A stretch of 64,000 nucleotides of DNA from Actinomycetota bacterium (GCA_012523095.1 JAAYJE010000033.1:10612-74611); one strand, 5' to 3'; shown: positions 24,800 through 34,701, counted from the stretch's first letter. The notes: a model not told the origin generated them from the letters alone. Numbers and translations are program-made.

Positions 24800-26236
24800 A
24801 TGATCAAGTTCAGCGAACGGCAGCTCAAGACGCCCAAGTTCATGCGGCCGGTCTATCTGGTGACTGCCGGCCAGTCCAAGTACGCGAGGGCGATCCCGGA
24901 GAAGCGGACCGAGGAGTTGTGTGTCGACGCCCTGACTATGGCGGCCGAGATGCTGAATCTTACTCCCACCGAGCTCAAGCGGTACATACACACTTGTTAT
25001 TATGGGCACTTCGCCGACCACTTCGGAGACCAACTTCTGGGTGAGGCGGTCATCCACGACCGTCTAGGTCTTGATCCCCTCGGCAACATCGGCGTCAAGT
25101 CGGGTGGCGCCACGGGTGGGTCGACTCTTTGGGAAGCGGCTAAAGCCGTCGCTTCCGGCTATTCCGACTGTGTTCTCGCGATGGGTTGGGAGCGCATGGA
25201 TGAGGTCCCCACCGACGAAGGCAACTTCCTCATCGCTTCCGCCGCCGACCGGGACTGGGAATCGCCTATGGGTCAGATCTACACGGGCTACTACGCGGTC
25301 ATGGCTCAGAAATACTGGCAGGTGTTCGGCAAAGCCGAAGCTTCGTTCAGACGCACCCTAGCCGAGATCTCCGTGAAGCATCACGACTACGCCCGCTTCA
25401 ATCCGTTCGCTCACGGCGGCATGAAGATCACCACCGACGATGTCCTGGTCTCGCCTATGGTGGCCGACCCGCTGCGTGCCCTCGACTGCTGTCTGATGAG
25501 TGTGGGAGCCGCCTGCGCGATCCTCTGTGACGAGCCCACTGCCATGGAACTTACCAGGAACAGTAAGAACAAGCCGCTCCGCATCTGGGTCACCGCGGGT
25601 TCCCATACTCTGCGCCCCGCCGACCGGCGTGATATGGAGATCCCGCTCCTTCCGCACGAGGCGGCGGACCAGTACAAGGACTTGGCCAAGGAGTTCCCCG
25701 GCGGCGATCGCTACCCGGGGTTCACCGGTTTTCTCGCGGCGAGGATGGCTGCATACTACGCCTACCACATGGCGGGCATCACTGATCCCATGGAGGACCT
25801 TGATGTCATAGAGCTTCACGACGCCTTCACCATAAGCGACGTGCAGACCTACGAAGACATCGGCCTCAGGCCCTACGGGCAGGGTCGCGATTTTGTCGAA
25901 TCGGGCGACTGCTATCACAAGAACCCGCTCACCGGCAGGCCGGGCAGGCTCCCGTCCAACCTCTCCGGCGGACTGATAGGCTGCATGCATGCCGTGGGCG
26001 CCAGCGGGATCATGCAGGTGTTCGAGATCGCCACTCACCTCTGGGGGCGTTGGGCCGAGATCCACAGCGACGAGAAGCGCTGGAAGGAGTTCGGTCGCGA
26101 GAAACCGGAAGACTGGACCGACCTACAGGTCAAGGGGGCTAAGAGGGCTCTCTCCATCAGTCACGCCGGCGTGGGGTCGCACGTGACAGCGACCATCCTC
26201 ATGGATCCCGATCATCTATTGAAGAAAGACGCTTGA
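24800..26236 (+). CDS. thiolase-like (SCP-x / DUF35-partnered type) protein
   Basis: ATG at 24800 (MIKFSERQLKTPKFMRPVYLV...). Thiolase-fold motifs include VKSGGATGGSTLWEAAKAVASG and LSGGLIGCMHAVGASG. Confidence 0.85.
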   Translation: MIKFSERQLKTPKFMRPVYLVTAGQSKYARAIPEKRTEELCVDALTMAAEMLNLTPTELKRYIHTCYYGHFADHFGDQLLGEAVIHDRLGLDPLGNIGVKSGGATGGSTLWEAAKAVASGYSDCVLAMGWERMDEVPTDEGNFLIASAADRDWESPMGQIYTGYYAVMAQKYWQVFGKAEASFRRTLAEISVKHHDYARFNPFAHGGMKITTDDVLVSPMVADPLRALDCCLMSVGAACAILCDEPTAMELTRNSKNKPLRIWVTAGSHTLRPADRRDMEIPLLPHEAADQYKDLAKEFPGGDRYPGFTGFLAARMAAYYAYHMAGITDPMEDLDVIELHDAFTISDVQTYEDIGLRPYGQGRDFVESGDCYHKNPLTGRPGRLPSNLSGGLIGCMHAVGASGIMQVFEIATHLWGRWAEIHSDEKRWKEFGREKPEDWTDLQVKGAKRALSISHAGVGSHVTATILMDPDHLLKKDA

Positions 26237-26247
26237 GAGAGGCGACG

Positions 26248-26838
26248 ATGAGCTCATACGGACAGGTTCAGGTCAAGAACGGACGCTATAAGTTCCGGGG
26301 TGATTTCCATCGCCTTGAACAGAATATGCCCATCAGGGACGCCGACGATAATTGGAAGCTCGTCGGTGTCACCAAGCCGAGGGATATGACCTATGTGCAC
26401 ACGTACGGCGGCGAGGCGATCTTCTTCGAGTCGTTGTCGCAGGGCAAGCTCCTCGCCACCAAGTGCGAGAATCCTGCGTGCGAGTCGAACGGCTCGATCT
26501 TTCAGCCCTTCAGGATCCACTGCCCCGATTGTCTCTCGAAGAACACGGTCATCGACATGACCGATGTCGCGAAGAAGACGGCCACGATCCACACCTACAT
26601 GGTGTGCGAGAGGTCCGGCGCCTTCAACATGCTCGACAAGCCCATCCGCTTCATCAACATAGAGTTCCAGGGCGTGTCGACCATCCTTTTCAGCTATCTG
26701 CTGGTGGGTGAGCCCCAGATCGGGATGCGGGTCGTACCTGTCTTCAAGCACTACAATCCGACCTATACCATCCTGGACCTTTCCTGGGCGCCGGCGGGCA
26801 CTCAGCTCGAGGCGCTACCCGAGGGGTTTGGTTTCTAG
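26248..26838 (+). CDS. Zn-ribbon/OB-fold DUF35 protein (thiolase partner)
   Basis: Cys4 ribbon (CENPACESNG...CPDC) followed by an OB-like region. It lies immediately downstream of the thiolase-like gene, the usual pairing. Confidence 0.75.
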   Translation: MSSYGQVQVKNGRYKFRGDFHRLEQNMPIRDADDNWKLVGVTKPRDMTYVHTYGGEAIFFESLSQGKLLATKCENPACESNGSIFQPFRIHCPDCLSKNTVIDMTDVAKKTATIHTYMVCERSGAFNMLDKPIRFINIEFQGVSTILFSYLLVGEPQIGMRVVPVFKHYNPTYTILDLSWAPAGTQLEALPEGFGF

Positions 26839-26861
26839 ACGACTGATGATCAAGGCGGTGC

Positions 26862-26892
26862 GGGTGACGTGAGGCGGGGAGCCGCGTCACCC
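26862..26892 (+). terminator. hairpin downstream of the DUF35 gene (8-bp outer stem), terminator-like
   Basis: GGGTGACG ... CGTCACCC with an inner GGC/GCC helix. No clear U-tract. Confidence 0.3.
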
Positions 26893-26936
26893 TCGAAGGA
26901 CGGAGGTCGATCACGAGCGAGCCCGGAGGGTCGTTG

Positions 26937-27920
26937 ATGAGGAACTACGAGGCGCTCAGCAAGGACGTCAACCTGTTAGGCGTCATCAAGGCCGCGGCGG
27001 TCATCGGCCGCTACCTGAACCGGACGAATCTCACCTATTACTCGGAACTGTCTCGTCTTATAAGCTGTGACGTTTTCGTCAAGCACGAGAACCACAATCC
27101 CACAGGGTCGTTCAAGATCCGTGGCGCGCTCAACTTCTTCCATCACATGTCGAAGGAAGATCTGGAGACAGGAGTGCTCGTTGCGACACGTGGCAACCAC
27201 GGACTTGCCATGGCGTGGGCCGGGCACTTCTTCAACGTCTCCTGCACCGTGGTGGTCCCCGAGAACAACAATCCCGAGATCAACCGTATCGTGGAGAGCT
27301 TCGGAGCCGATCTCATCGTGCAGGGGCGAGATTTTTACGATGCCCAGTCGTATTGTGACGAGCTGGTGGACAGCGCAGGCTATTACTACGTGGAGCAGGG
27401 CAACGAACCTGAGATATTGAACGGCTTGGGCACCATGGGTCTGGAGATATTCCAGGACCTCCCCGAGGTGGACGTCATCATCTGTCCTATCGGGGGCGGG
27501 TCCGGTTGCGCCTCGCTCCTCAAGGCGGCTCAGGCCGTCGATCCCGATGTGGAGATCATCGGAGTCCAAGCCGAGCGGGCCGCGGCCTTCTACGAGTCGC
27601 GGAAGAACGGGGAGCGTGTCACCTTAGAAGGCGCCGACACGGTGGCCGACGGCCTGGCGGCGCGGAGCGTCTTCCAGTTGCCATGGGTGATCATGAAGGA
27701 CCTTGTCGCGGACGTGGTGCTGCTAAGCGAGGAGGAGATCCTTGAAGGGGTGCGGCTGGCTCTCCAGACCACACACAACCTCGCTGAGACGGCGGGGGCG
27801 GCTTCGCTTGTCGCTGCGCTCAAGATCAAAGAGCGGCTGGCCGGCAAGAAGGTGGTGCTGATCATGTCCGGAGGCAATCTCGATCACGAGCACCTGCTCC
27901 GGGCGCTGCCCTGGAGGTAG
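26937..27920 (+). CDS. PLP-dependent threonine/serine dehydratase
   Basis: HNPTGSFKIRGALN (PLP lysine motif), ICPIGGGSGCAS (phosphate loop), GGAGGG SD 6 nt before the ATG at 26937. Confidence 0.85.
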   Translation: MRNYEALSKDVNLLGVIKAAAVIGRYLNRTNLTYYSELSRLISCDVFVKHENHNPTGSFKIRGALNFFHHMSKEDLETGVLVATRGNHGLAMAWAGHFFNVSCTVVVPENNNPEINRIVESFGADLIVQGRDFYDAQSYCDELVDSAGYYYVEQGNEPEILNGLGTMGLEIFQDLPEVDVIICPIGGGSGCASLLKAAQAVDPDVEIIGVQAERAAAFYESRKNGERVTLEGADTVADGLAARSVFQLPWVIMKDLVADVVLLSEEEILEGVRLALQTTHNLAETAGAASLVAALKIKERLAGKKVVLIMSGGNLDHEHLLRALPWR

Positions 27921-27984
27921 GCTTCGCCGGTTGGAAGGCCTGCTCTCCGTCGGCCTGCGAAGTGTCCTCGGAGCGACTGATGCC

Positions 27985-28884
27985 TCAGATCGCGCGGGAA
28001 AAACCGGCCCATTTGGCGTCGATCTGCTCCTGGATGTCGGCGACCTGCTCCTCAGTCATGACCTTGAAGCGTGACTGCGTCTTCAAGTATTCAATCACCG
28101 GCGTCAACGGCCGCTTCTCGAGGAGTTTCCCCGATGCGCCGGTCAGCCTGAACTCACCATGGTCGACCTCGTAGAGGTCGAAATACCCGGTCTCGATCGC
28201 GAGCCGGCCGATCTTGACGGTGTATCGAGTGTCGAAGCCCCATCCCGGCGGACACGGCGTGTGGATGTGGATGTACTTCGTGCCCTCTATCGATAGGGCC
28301 TTCTTGATCTTGTCATAGAGATCCAGAGGGTAGGCCGACGAGGCGGTGGCCACATAGTCGATGCCGTGGGCGGCCATGATGGCGGGCACGTCTTTCTTCC
28401 TCTGTTGCTTGCCCTTGAAGGGCGTGTTCGTAGTGATGGCGCCCTGAGGCGTAGTGCCCGAACGCTGCACCCCGGTGTTCATGTAGCCCTCGTTGTCGTA
28501 GCATATGAAGAGGAAGTCGTCGCCGCGTTCGGCGGCTCCGGAGAGCGCCTGGATGCCGATGTCGCTGGTACCTCCGTCACCGGCCCAGCCCACCACTTTG
28601 ATGTATGTTCTTCCCTGGGCCTTGAGCGCTTCGAGGACGCCGGTGGCCGCCGCGGCGGTGGAGGCGAAGGTGACGTTCAGGCAGGGCAGCTTAGTGGAGG
28701 CCACAGGGAACAGCCCCTGCAGGACCGTGAGGCAACTCGGCGGCACGACAAGGATGGTGTCCGGCCCCAGGGCCTTGAGCCCGATACGGTACGCGATGCT
28801 TAGACCGCAGCCTGTACAGGCTCGGTTGCCCGGGTGAACCAGTTCTTCCTTAGGCAGCGTGAGTATGGTGGTCTTGGCGGACAT
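27985..28884 (-). CDS. 2-oxoacid:ferredoxin oxidoreductase beta (TPP-binding) subunit
   Basis: CTGCG near the N-terminus and the GWAGDGGTSDIG TPP motif. Last gene of a gamma-delta-alpha-beta operon. Confidence 0.85.
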   Translation of the reverse strand: MSAKTTILTLPKEELVHPGNRACTGCGLSIAYRIGLKALGPDTILVVPPSCLTVLQGLFPVASTKLPCLNVTFASTAAAATGVLEALKAQGRTYIKVVGWAGDGGTSDIGIQALSGAAERGDDFLFICYDNEGYMNTGVQRSGTTPQGAITTNTPFKGKQQRKKDVPAIMAAHGIDYVATASSAYPLDLYDKIKKALSIEGTKYIHIHTPCPPGWGFDTRYTVKIGRLAIETGYFDLYEVDHGEFRLTGASGKLLEKRPLTPVIEYLKTQSRFKVMTEEQVADIQEQIDAKWAGFSRAI

Positions 28885-28893
28885 GTCAGCCTT

Positions 28894-30153
28894 TCAGATC
28901 TTCAGACCGATCCAACCGGGATCGTCAAGGGCGCCGGTGATGGCGGTGCGCAGCGTGTCGGTAAGGTCGGCGGTCCTGATATCTCGCCCGCCTATACCGG
29001 CGATGAGGCCTCTAACGAAGGGCCCGTCGACGCAGGGGCCTCCGCGCTGCGTGACGTCGGTGCGGTCGCCGGGAAGGCCGCCGGCCGCGTCGGCGCCATC
29101 GCCGCGGCATCCGTACAGAGCCGCCTTGATATCGGAAGAGAGCGCCCCCTCGTATCCGTAGGACAGCGCCTTCTCGATGACGAACACCCCACGGGCGCGC
29201 CGCAGGACCTCGACCGCCGCTTCATCGGGGAAGGGCCGGTACATCCGGATGCCCAGTACGCCCACCTTCAGCCCTTCACTCCGCAGCGTCTCCACGACGT
29301 CACGCAGCTGATATGTCAGCGAACCAAGGCCGACCACTATGTAGTCCGCATCGTTGCACCGGTGAGGTTCGAGAAGGGCGTTCCCACCGCGCCCGAAGAT
29401 CTGCGTGAACCTATCCTCGATCTCTTGGGCGATGGTCAAGGTCTGTCTCAGGTCTTCCTGGAGCAGATAACGGAACTCCATGTATCCGTGGGCCATCTCG
29501 CCCTCTACGTCCATGCGCACGTCGGGTAGGGTCACGGTGTTGAGGTTGGCGGGATTCTGAGGGTCGAGGGCGTAGTGAGGCTTGAACGGCCGCAGGAAGC
29601 GCTTGACCTGCTTCTCTTCCGGTACCTCGAAAGGCATGTAGGTGTGTGAGAGCAGGTAGCCGTCGTAGCACACCATGACCGGTATGCTGACGGTCTCGGC
29701 TATCGCGAAGGCCTTGAGCACGCTGTCGATGATCTGCTGGTGGTCGCAGGCATACATCTGGATCCATCCCGTGTCGCGCTGTGAGATGGAGTCCTGATGG
29801 TCGTTCCAGATATTCCAGGGCGCACCCACGGCGCGGTTGACCACACACATCACTATAGGCAGCCGGGCGCCCGCCGCCCAATGGACCTGCTCGTGCATGT
29901 AGAGCAGTCCGTTGGCACTGGTGGCCGTGAAGGCCCTGGCTCCTGTCGAACTTGCGGCGATGCAGGCGGCCAAGGCGGAGTGTTCGCTCTCCACCGGGAT
30001 GTATTCGGCCTTCATCTCCCCGGCTTCGATGAACTCGGAGAGTTTCTCGGTGAGCGGGGTTTGTGGCGTGATGGGGTAGGCGGCGATCACCTGGACTCCG
30101 GCGAGCTTCACTCCCAGTGCAGCCGCCACGTTGCCGTTCTCGATCACGTGCAC
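28894..30153 (-). CDS. 2-oxoacid:ferredoxin oxidoreductase alpha subunit
   Basis: GNVAAALGVKLAGVQVIAAYPITPQT is a typical PorA/VorA N-terminus. About 30 aa of Gly/Asp-rich insertion lies near the C-terminus. Confidence 0.85.
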   Translation of the reverse strand: MHVIENGNVAAALGVKLAGVQVIAAYPITPQTPLTEKLSEFIEAGEMKAEYIPVESEHSALAACIAASSTGARAFTATSANGLLYMHEQVHWAAGARLPIVMCVVNRAVGAPWNIWNDHQDSISQRDTGWIQMYACDHQQIIDSVLKAFAIAETVSIPVMVCYDGYLLSHTYMPFEVPEEKQVKRFLRPFKPHYALDPQNPANLNTVTLPDVRMDVEGEMAHGYMEFRYLLQEDLRQTLTIAQEIEDRFTQIFGRGGNALLEPHRCNDADYIVVGLGSLTYQLRDVVETLRSEGLKVGVLGIRMYRPFPDEAAVEVLRRARGVFVIEKALSYGYEGALSSDIKAALYGCRGDGADAAGGLPGDRTDVTQRGGPCVDGPFVRGLIAGIGGRDIRTADLTDTLRTAITGALDDPGWIGLKI

Positions 30154-30494
30154 GGTCTGGGTCCTTCAAACGAGCAGGTGTCCGGCGTATCGACCTCCTC
30201 GGGCCTCTCCGTCTCGTCGACCATGGTGATGGCTTTGGTCGGGCATTCCTCGGCACAGATGGCGCAGCCCTTGCAGTACTCGTAGTCGATAGTGGGGGGG
30301 ATGGTACGCGATATGACCGCGTCGGGACAGTAGAGCCAGCAGATGAAGCAGGCCTCGCTGCCGCGCTTGACAGGGGTGCATCGCTCCAGGTCGATGATCG
30401 GGCGCTGTACCCGCCAAGACCCTGTCCTGCCTCCGTCACCGGGCCCGGACAGGCTGTGCGAAGTCTTGTAACGATAGTCCCTGGTCCCCATCAC
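30144..30494 (-). CDS. 2-oxoacid:ferredoxin oxidoreductase delta subunit (2x[4Fe-4S] ferredoxin)
   Basis: CFICWLYCP and CKGCAICAEECP motifs in a 116-aa protein. Confidence 0.8.
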   Translation of the reverse strand: MMGTRDYRYKTSHSLSGPGDGGRTGSWRVQRPIIDLERCTPVKRGSEACFICWLYCPDAVISRTIPPTIDYEYCKGCAICAEECPTKAITMVDETERPEEVDTPDTCSFEGPRPCT

Positions 30495-31147
30495 CCACTC
30501 CCAGACACGGCCGAGCCCGGGTCTCTCACCACAGCGACCAGATCAGCACCAAGCCGCCCGGCAATCGCTCCGGCGTCGTCCGCGTCGGCGACGGTCGGGG
30601 AGCCGTTCACAACCGTCCTCTCGTAGGCCAGCCTAGCCGATTGGGCGTTCGCCTGCGGTCTCTTCGTCTTGAACTCGGCTTCAATCTCCCCGAGCACTCG
30701 CTCGAAGGGTACGATGTCAAACGCGCGGCACAAGATCCCGATCACTCCGGAGTTCACCACACCGCGTGGTAACCCCGCCTCCACCGCGAGAGAGGTCGCG
30801 TCGGCCACGGCCAGCCGCTCGACGCCGAAGTCATAGGAATCCAGCGGCTTGGGGGTGTTCAAGACCATGAGCCCCCTCTCCTTGAGCCCCCCGGTGACGT
30901 CGGCCTCGGTCAACAGCAGGTGGTCGAGTACCACCACGATGTCGGGGGTCTCGATGGGGGAGATGTCGTAGATCTTCTCCTTGGCGAGCTTCAGCGAGGT
31001 GAAGACCGGAGCGCCGCGTCGTTCGGTGCCGAAAGTCGGGGCCATAACCACTCCGGTGTACCCGGACTTGAATGCCGCCGTGGCGAATATCTTGGCCGCC
31101 GTTATGGCGCCTTGTCCGCCTCTGCCGTGCCATCGTATCTGGATCAT
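30491..31147 (-). CDS. 2-oxoacid:ferredoxin oxidoreductase gamma subunit
   Basis: ATG at 31147 gives MIQIRWHGRGGQGAITAAKIFA..., the canonical gamma-subunit start. Confidence 0.85.
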   Translation of the reverse strand: MIQIRWHGRGGQGAITAAKIFATAAFKSGYTGVVMAPTFGTERRGAPVFTSLKLAKEKIYDISPIETPDIVVVLDHLLLTEADVTGGLKERGLMVLNTPKPLDSYDFGVERLAVADATSLAVEAGLPRGVVNSGVIGILCRAFDIVPFERVLGEIEAEFKTKRPQANAQSARLAYERTVVNGSPTVADADDAGAIAGRLGADLVAVVRDPGSAVSGSG

Positions 31148-31160
31148 CCGTTCTCTCTCT

Positions 31161-31220
31161 AGCCGTCGTAGACGCCCGTATCGCAAACGTCACCGTCGCA
31201 GATGCCCGTGTCGCGAATGC
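31161..31220. repeat. imperfect 30-bp tandem direct repeat in the divergent promoter region
   Basis: agCCGTCGtAGAcGCCCGTaTCGCaAAcGt and caCCGTCGcAGAtGCCCGTgTCGCgAAtGc share 22/30 positions. They lie between the oxidoreductase operon and the crotonase gene. Confidence 0.6.
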
Positions 31221-31315
31221 GCTTGCGGGGTATTCTAGCCTGCCTGGGAGAATTTCGACGCCGTTTGCGCGCTTCGATGGCGATCAGTGCGGCATAGGGA
31301 GGTCGGTGAGCCGGT

Positions 31316-32086
31316 ATGTATGTCGATCTACGCAAGGAAGACGGAGTCGCGGTGCTGACCATCGACAGGCCCGAGGCGCTCAATGCCATGAACGTGGACA
31401 TGCTGGCCGAGTTGCGCGAGACCATCGAGCAGGTGGAGGGTGATGACGACATCTTGGTGCTTGTCGTCACCGGTACGGGCAAAGCTTTCATCGCCGGCGC
31501 GGACATCGCCCACATGAAGGACTTCTCCTCTCGGCAGGCCAAGGAGTGGTCGGAGTACGGCCAGGACACGGTGGGCATGCTCGAGAAGATGAAGAAACCG
31601 GTCATCGCGGCGGTGAACGGTTACGCCTTGGGCGGGGGCACGGAGCTGGCCATGGCTTGCGATATCCGGGTGGCGTCGGATAAGGCGGTGTTCGGGCAAC
31701 CGGAGGTCAAGTTGGGCATGATCGCCGGTTTTGGCGGGACGCAGAGGCTGCCGCGGTTGGTGGGGCCCGGCAAGGCCAAGGAGATGCTCTTCACCGGTGA
31801 TCACTACGATGCTCAGGCGGCTTACGAGATGGGTCTGGTCAACAAAGTCGTGTCTGCAGACGAGCTCATGGACTACTGTCTCGACATGGCCAAGCGGATC
31901 GCCTCCTGCGGGAAGCTGGCCGTGAGACTCAGCAAAGAAGCCGTAGACCACGGTCAGGAGATGGACCTGGAGAAGGCACTTCATCTCGAATCGAGTCTGT
32001 ATGCGGTAGTCTTCTCTACCGACGAACCCTGCGAGGGTTGTGGTGCCTTTCTAGAGAAACGGGAGCCGAAGTGGACTTCAAGCTGA
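31316..32086 (+). CDS. enoyl-CoA hydratase (crotonase family)
   Basis: VLTIDRPEALNAMN, FIAGADI and AAVNGYALGGGTELAMACDIRVAS motifs. Confidence 0.9.
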   Translation: MYVDLRKEDGVAVLTIDRPEALNAMNVDMLAELRETIEQVEGDDDILVLVVTGTGKAFIAGADIAHMKDFSSRQAKEWSEYGQDTVGMLEKMKKPVIAAVNGYALGGGTELAMACDIRVASDKAVFGQPEVKLGMIAGFGGTQRLPRLVGPGKAKEMLFTGDHYDAQAAYEMGLVNKVVSADELMDYCLDMAKRIASCGKLAVRLSKEAVDHGQEMDLEKALHLESSLYAVVFSTDEPCEGCGAFLEKREPKWTSS

Positions 32087-33210
32087 CAGAGGATCAACAA
32101 CTCATCCGCGATACCGCCAAGGATTTCGCGCAACGCGAGATAGCGCCCCAGGCAGAGGAGATCGATAGGTCGGGGACCTTCCCCCTCCACATCCTCAGAC
32201 AGATGGCCGGCCTCGGCCTCATGGGCCTGCCGATCGCTGAGGAGTATGGGGGAGCCGGGGGAGACTACACCAGCTACTGTCTGGCCCTGGAAGAGATCAC
32301 CCGGGCCTGTGGGTCCACGGGTCTGACCTACGAGGCGCACATCTCTCTCGGGTGCATGCCGATCTACTACTATGGGACTGAGGAGCAGAAACGGGAGTAT
32401 CTCCCCATGCTGTGCAGCGGCGAGAGCATGGGCTCCTTCGGCCTCACCGAGCCGGAGGCCGGGTCTGACGCCGGGGGCACCAAGACGACCGCCGTCCTTG
32501 AAGACGGGGAGTGGGTCATCAATGGTTCCAAGTGCTTCATCACCAACGCCGGCTACGCCAAGTTCGTGACCATAACGGCGGTGACCGACAGGGATAAGGG
32601 CACCCGGGGCATCAGCGATATCGTCGTGCCCACCGACACGCCCGGGTTCACAGTGCGATCGGGATATGAGAAGCTGGGCCTTCACGGCTCCAACACCACC
32701 GAGCTGTTCTTCGACGACGTGAGGGTGCCGGAGAAGAACCTGATCGGGGTGCGCGGAGAGGGTTACAAACAGTTCTTGGTGGTGTTGGACGGCGGCCGCA
32801 TAGCTATCGGTGCGATGGGGGTCGGCATCGCTCAGGCGTGCTTGGACGCCGCCCTCAAGTACGCCAAGGAACGTTGCCAATTCGGCCGTCCCATCGGGAA
32901 GTTCCAGGCCATCCAGTTCAAGCTGGCCGACATGGCCATGAACATCGAGCTGGCCAGGAACATGTACCTGAAGGCCGCATGGCTCAAGGATACCGGGCAG
33001 CCCTACTCGCTGGAGGCCAACTACGCCAAGCTCTTCGGCTCGGAGATGGCGACCAAGGCCGCGTTGGAGGCCATCCAGATTCATGGGGGGTATGGTTACA
33101 TCAACGAGTTCCCGGTGGGGCGTTACCTACGTGACTCCAAGCTGCTGGAGATCGGTGAGGGCACCTCGGAGGTGATACGGCTGGTGATCGCCCGGAGACT
33201 CGGTCTCTAG
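32071..33210 (+). CDS. acyl-CoA dehydrogenase (short/branched-chain type)
   Basis: GTG at 32071 gives VDFKLTEDQQLIRDTAKDFAQREIAP. GLTEPEAGSDAGG and the C-terminal QIHGGYGYINEFPVGRYLRDSKLLEIGEGTSEV are also present. Confidence 0.9.
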   Translation: MDFKLTEDQQLIRDTAKDFAQREIAPQAEEIDRSGTFPLHILRQMAGLGLMGLPIAEEYGGAGGDYTSYCLALEEITRACGSTGLTYEAHISLGCMPIYYYGTEEQKREYLPMLCSGESMGSFGLTEPEAGSDAGGTKTTAVLEDGEWVINGSKCFITNAGYAKFVTITAVTDRDKGTRGISDIVVPTDTPGFTVRSGYEKLGLHGSNTTELFFDDVRVPEKNLIGVRGEGYKQFLVVLDGGRIAIGAMGVGIAQACLDAALKYAKERCQFGRPIGKFQAIQFKLADMAMNIELARNMYLKAAWLKDTGQPYSLEANYAKLFGSEMATKAALEAIQIHGGYGYINEFPVGRYLRDSKLLEIGEGTSEVIRLVIARRLGL

Positions 33211-33265
33211 CCCTTACCACAGTCCGCTCCGCCGACGAGGGATCCAGAACGACGGCCGGTCCGTC

Positions 33266-34699
33266 TCACCCGGCGCCCAGCTTCTCGTCCAGCAGCTCGC
33301 GTATGACCTTGGGATCGGCCTTGCCGCCCGATGCCTGCATCACGCGACCGACCAAGAAACCGAGGGCCTTCACCTGCCCACTCTGGAAGTCGGCCACAGC
33401 CCTCGCCTGCTCGGTAAGGACCTTGTCGATGAGCGGGTCTAGAGCGTCGGCATCGGAGATCTGCTTGAATCCGCGCCGGGCCACGATCGCCTCCGGAGCC
33501 TCATCACATCCGAACATCTCCACGAGTACCTCGCGCGCCGCGTTGGCATTGATCTCGTCCTTTGCAAGCAGGTCAAGAAGCGCGGCCAGGCGCTCCGGGG
33601 CGACCGGCGAGGTGTTCAGATCCTGCCGTCGCTCCCTGACGGCCGGGATCAACTGAGTGGTCAACCAGTGCATGGCGGTCCGCGGTGCAATGCCGCGCGC
33701 GACCAGCGCATCGAAGTAGGCCGCCACCTCGGGGTCGGCGCTCAGAGACAGTGCCTCTTCTCGCGTGAGCCCGTGCTGTGCGGTCAAACGCTCCCCGCGT
33801 TCAGTCGGCATCTCTGGAAGACGGGTCCGCATCTGCTCGATCCATGCGGGGGACAGTTCGATTGCGGGTACGCACGGATCGGGCACACAGGGTCCTTCAA
33901 ATTTGGCCCGCATGGGGAGGGTGGCCTTCTTGTCGGGGTCCCATAGGCGGGTGTGCAGTATCACAGCTTCGTCCGCCTGAACGGCCGCCGTTTGGCGGGC
34001 GATCTCATAGGAGATGGCGTCTCCCACGTGACGCACAGAGTTCATGTTCTTGACTTCGACCTTGGTGTTCATCTGGTCGGTACCGCGAGGACGTATTGAG
34101 ATGTTGGCGTCGGCGCGCATGGTGCCGTCGTCCATGTTGCAGTCGGAGGAGCCCACGTAGCGGACTCGGGTTCGGAGCGTCTTGAGGAACTCCATGGCCT
34201 GATAAGGTGTGCGGAAGTCGGGCTCTGTGACGATCTCTACCAGCGGAGCTCCTGCACGGTTGAAGTCCACCAGACCGACCGGCAGACGTCCCTCCATCTC
34301 ATGCACGAGTTTGGCCACGTCTTCCTCCATGTGGATATGGTGGATACGGAGCTTTCGAGTCACGCCGTCCTCGTCCAGGATGTCGATACCTCCGCCACGG
34401 GAGAGCGGGAGGTGGATCTGTGACAACTGAAAGCCCTTGGGTAGATCGGGGTAGTAGTAGATCTTCTGGTCGAAGGCGCTCCTGGGTTGGAGTTCTGCGC
34501 CCAGCCCCAGAGAAAGAAGTGAGGCTTTCTCAAGGGCTTCCTGGCTCAGGCGGGGAAGCGCCCCGGGCAGCCAGAGACACGTAGGGCAGGTGTTGGCGTT
34601 GGGTTGGTCGCCGGGATGGTTCGGGCAATCACAGAACATCTTGGTGACGCAGTTGAGCTCGACATGGATCTCGAGTCCGATTACCGCTTCGAATTCCAT
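33266..34699 (-). CDS. gatB: Asp-tRNA(Asn)/Glu-tRNA(Gln) amidotransferase subunit B
   Basis: MEFEAVIGLEIHVEL..., YYYPDLPKGFQLSQ, HHIHMEEDVAKLVH, and a C-terminal YqeY-like tail. 477 aa. Confidence 0.9.
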   Translation of the reverse strand: MEFEAVIGLEIHVELNCVTKMFCDCPNHPGDQPNANTCPTCLWLPGALPRLSQEALEKASLLSLGLGAELQPRSAFDQKIYYYPDLPKGFQLSQIHLPLSRGGGIDILDEDGVTRKLRIHHIHMEEDVAKLVHEMEGRLPVGLVDFNRAGAPLVEIVTEPDFRTPYQAMEFLKTLRTRVRYVGSSDCNMDDGTMRADANISIRPRGTDQMNTKVEVKNMNSVRHVGDAISYEIARQTAAVQADEAVILHTRLWDPDKKATLPMRAKFEGPCVPDPCVPAIELSPAWIEQMRTRLPEMPTERGERLTAQHGLTREEALSLSADPEVAAYFDALVARGIAPRTAMHWLTTQLIPAVRERRQDLNTSPVAPERLAALLDLLAKDEINANAAREVLVEMFGCDEAPEAIVARRGFKQISDADALDPLIDKVLTEQARAVADFQSGQVKALGFLVGRVMQASGGKADPKVIRELLDEKLGAG

Positions 34700-34701
34700 G
34701 T

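Noticed and set aside
31981-33084. 367-aa ORF antisense to the acyl-CoA dehydrogenase, and a 352-aa ORF at 13783..14841 antisense to the selenoprotein candidate
   Set aside because: These are shadow ORFs in high-GC coding sequence with no motifs.
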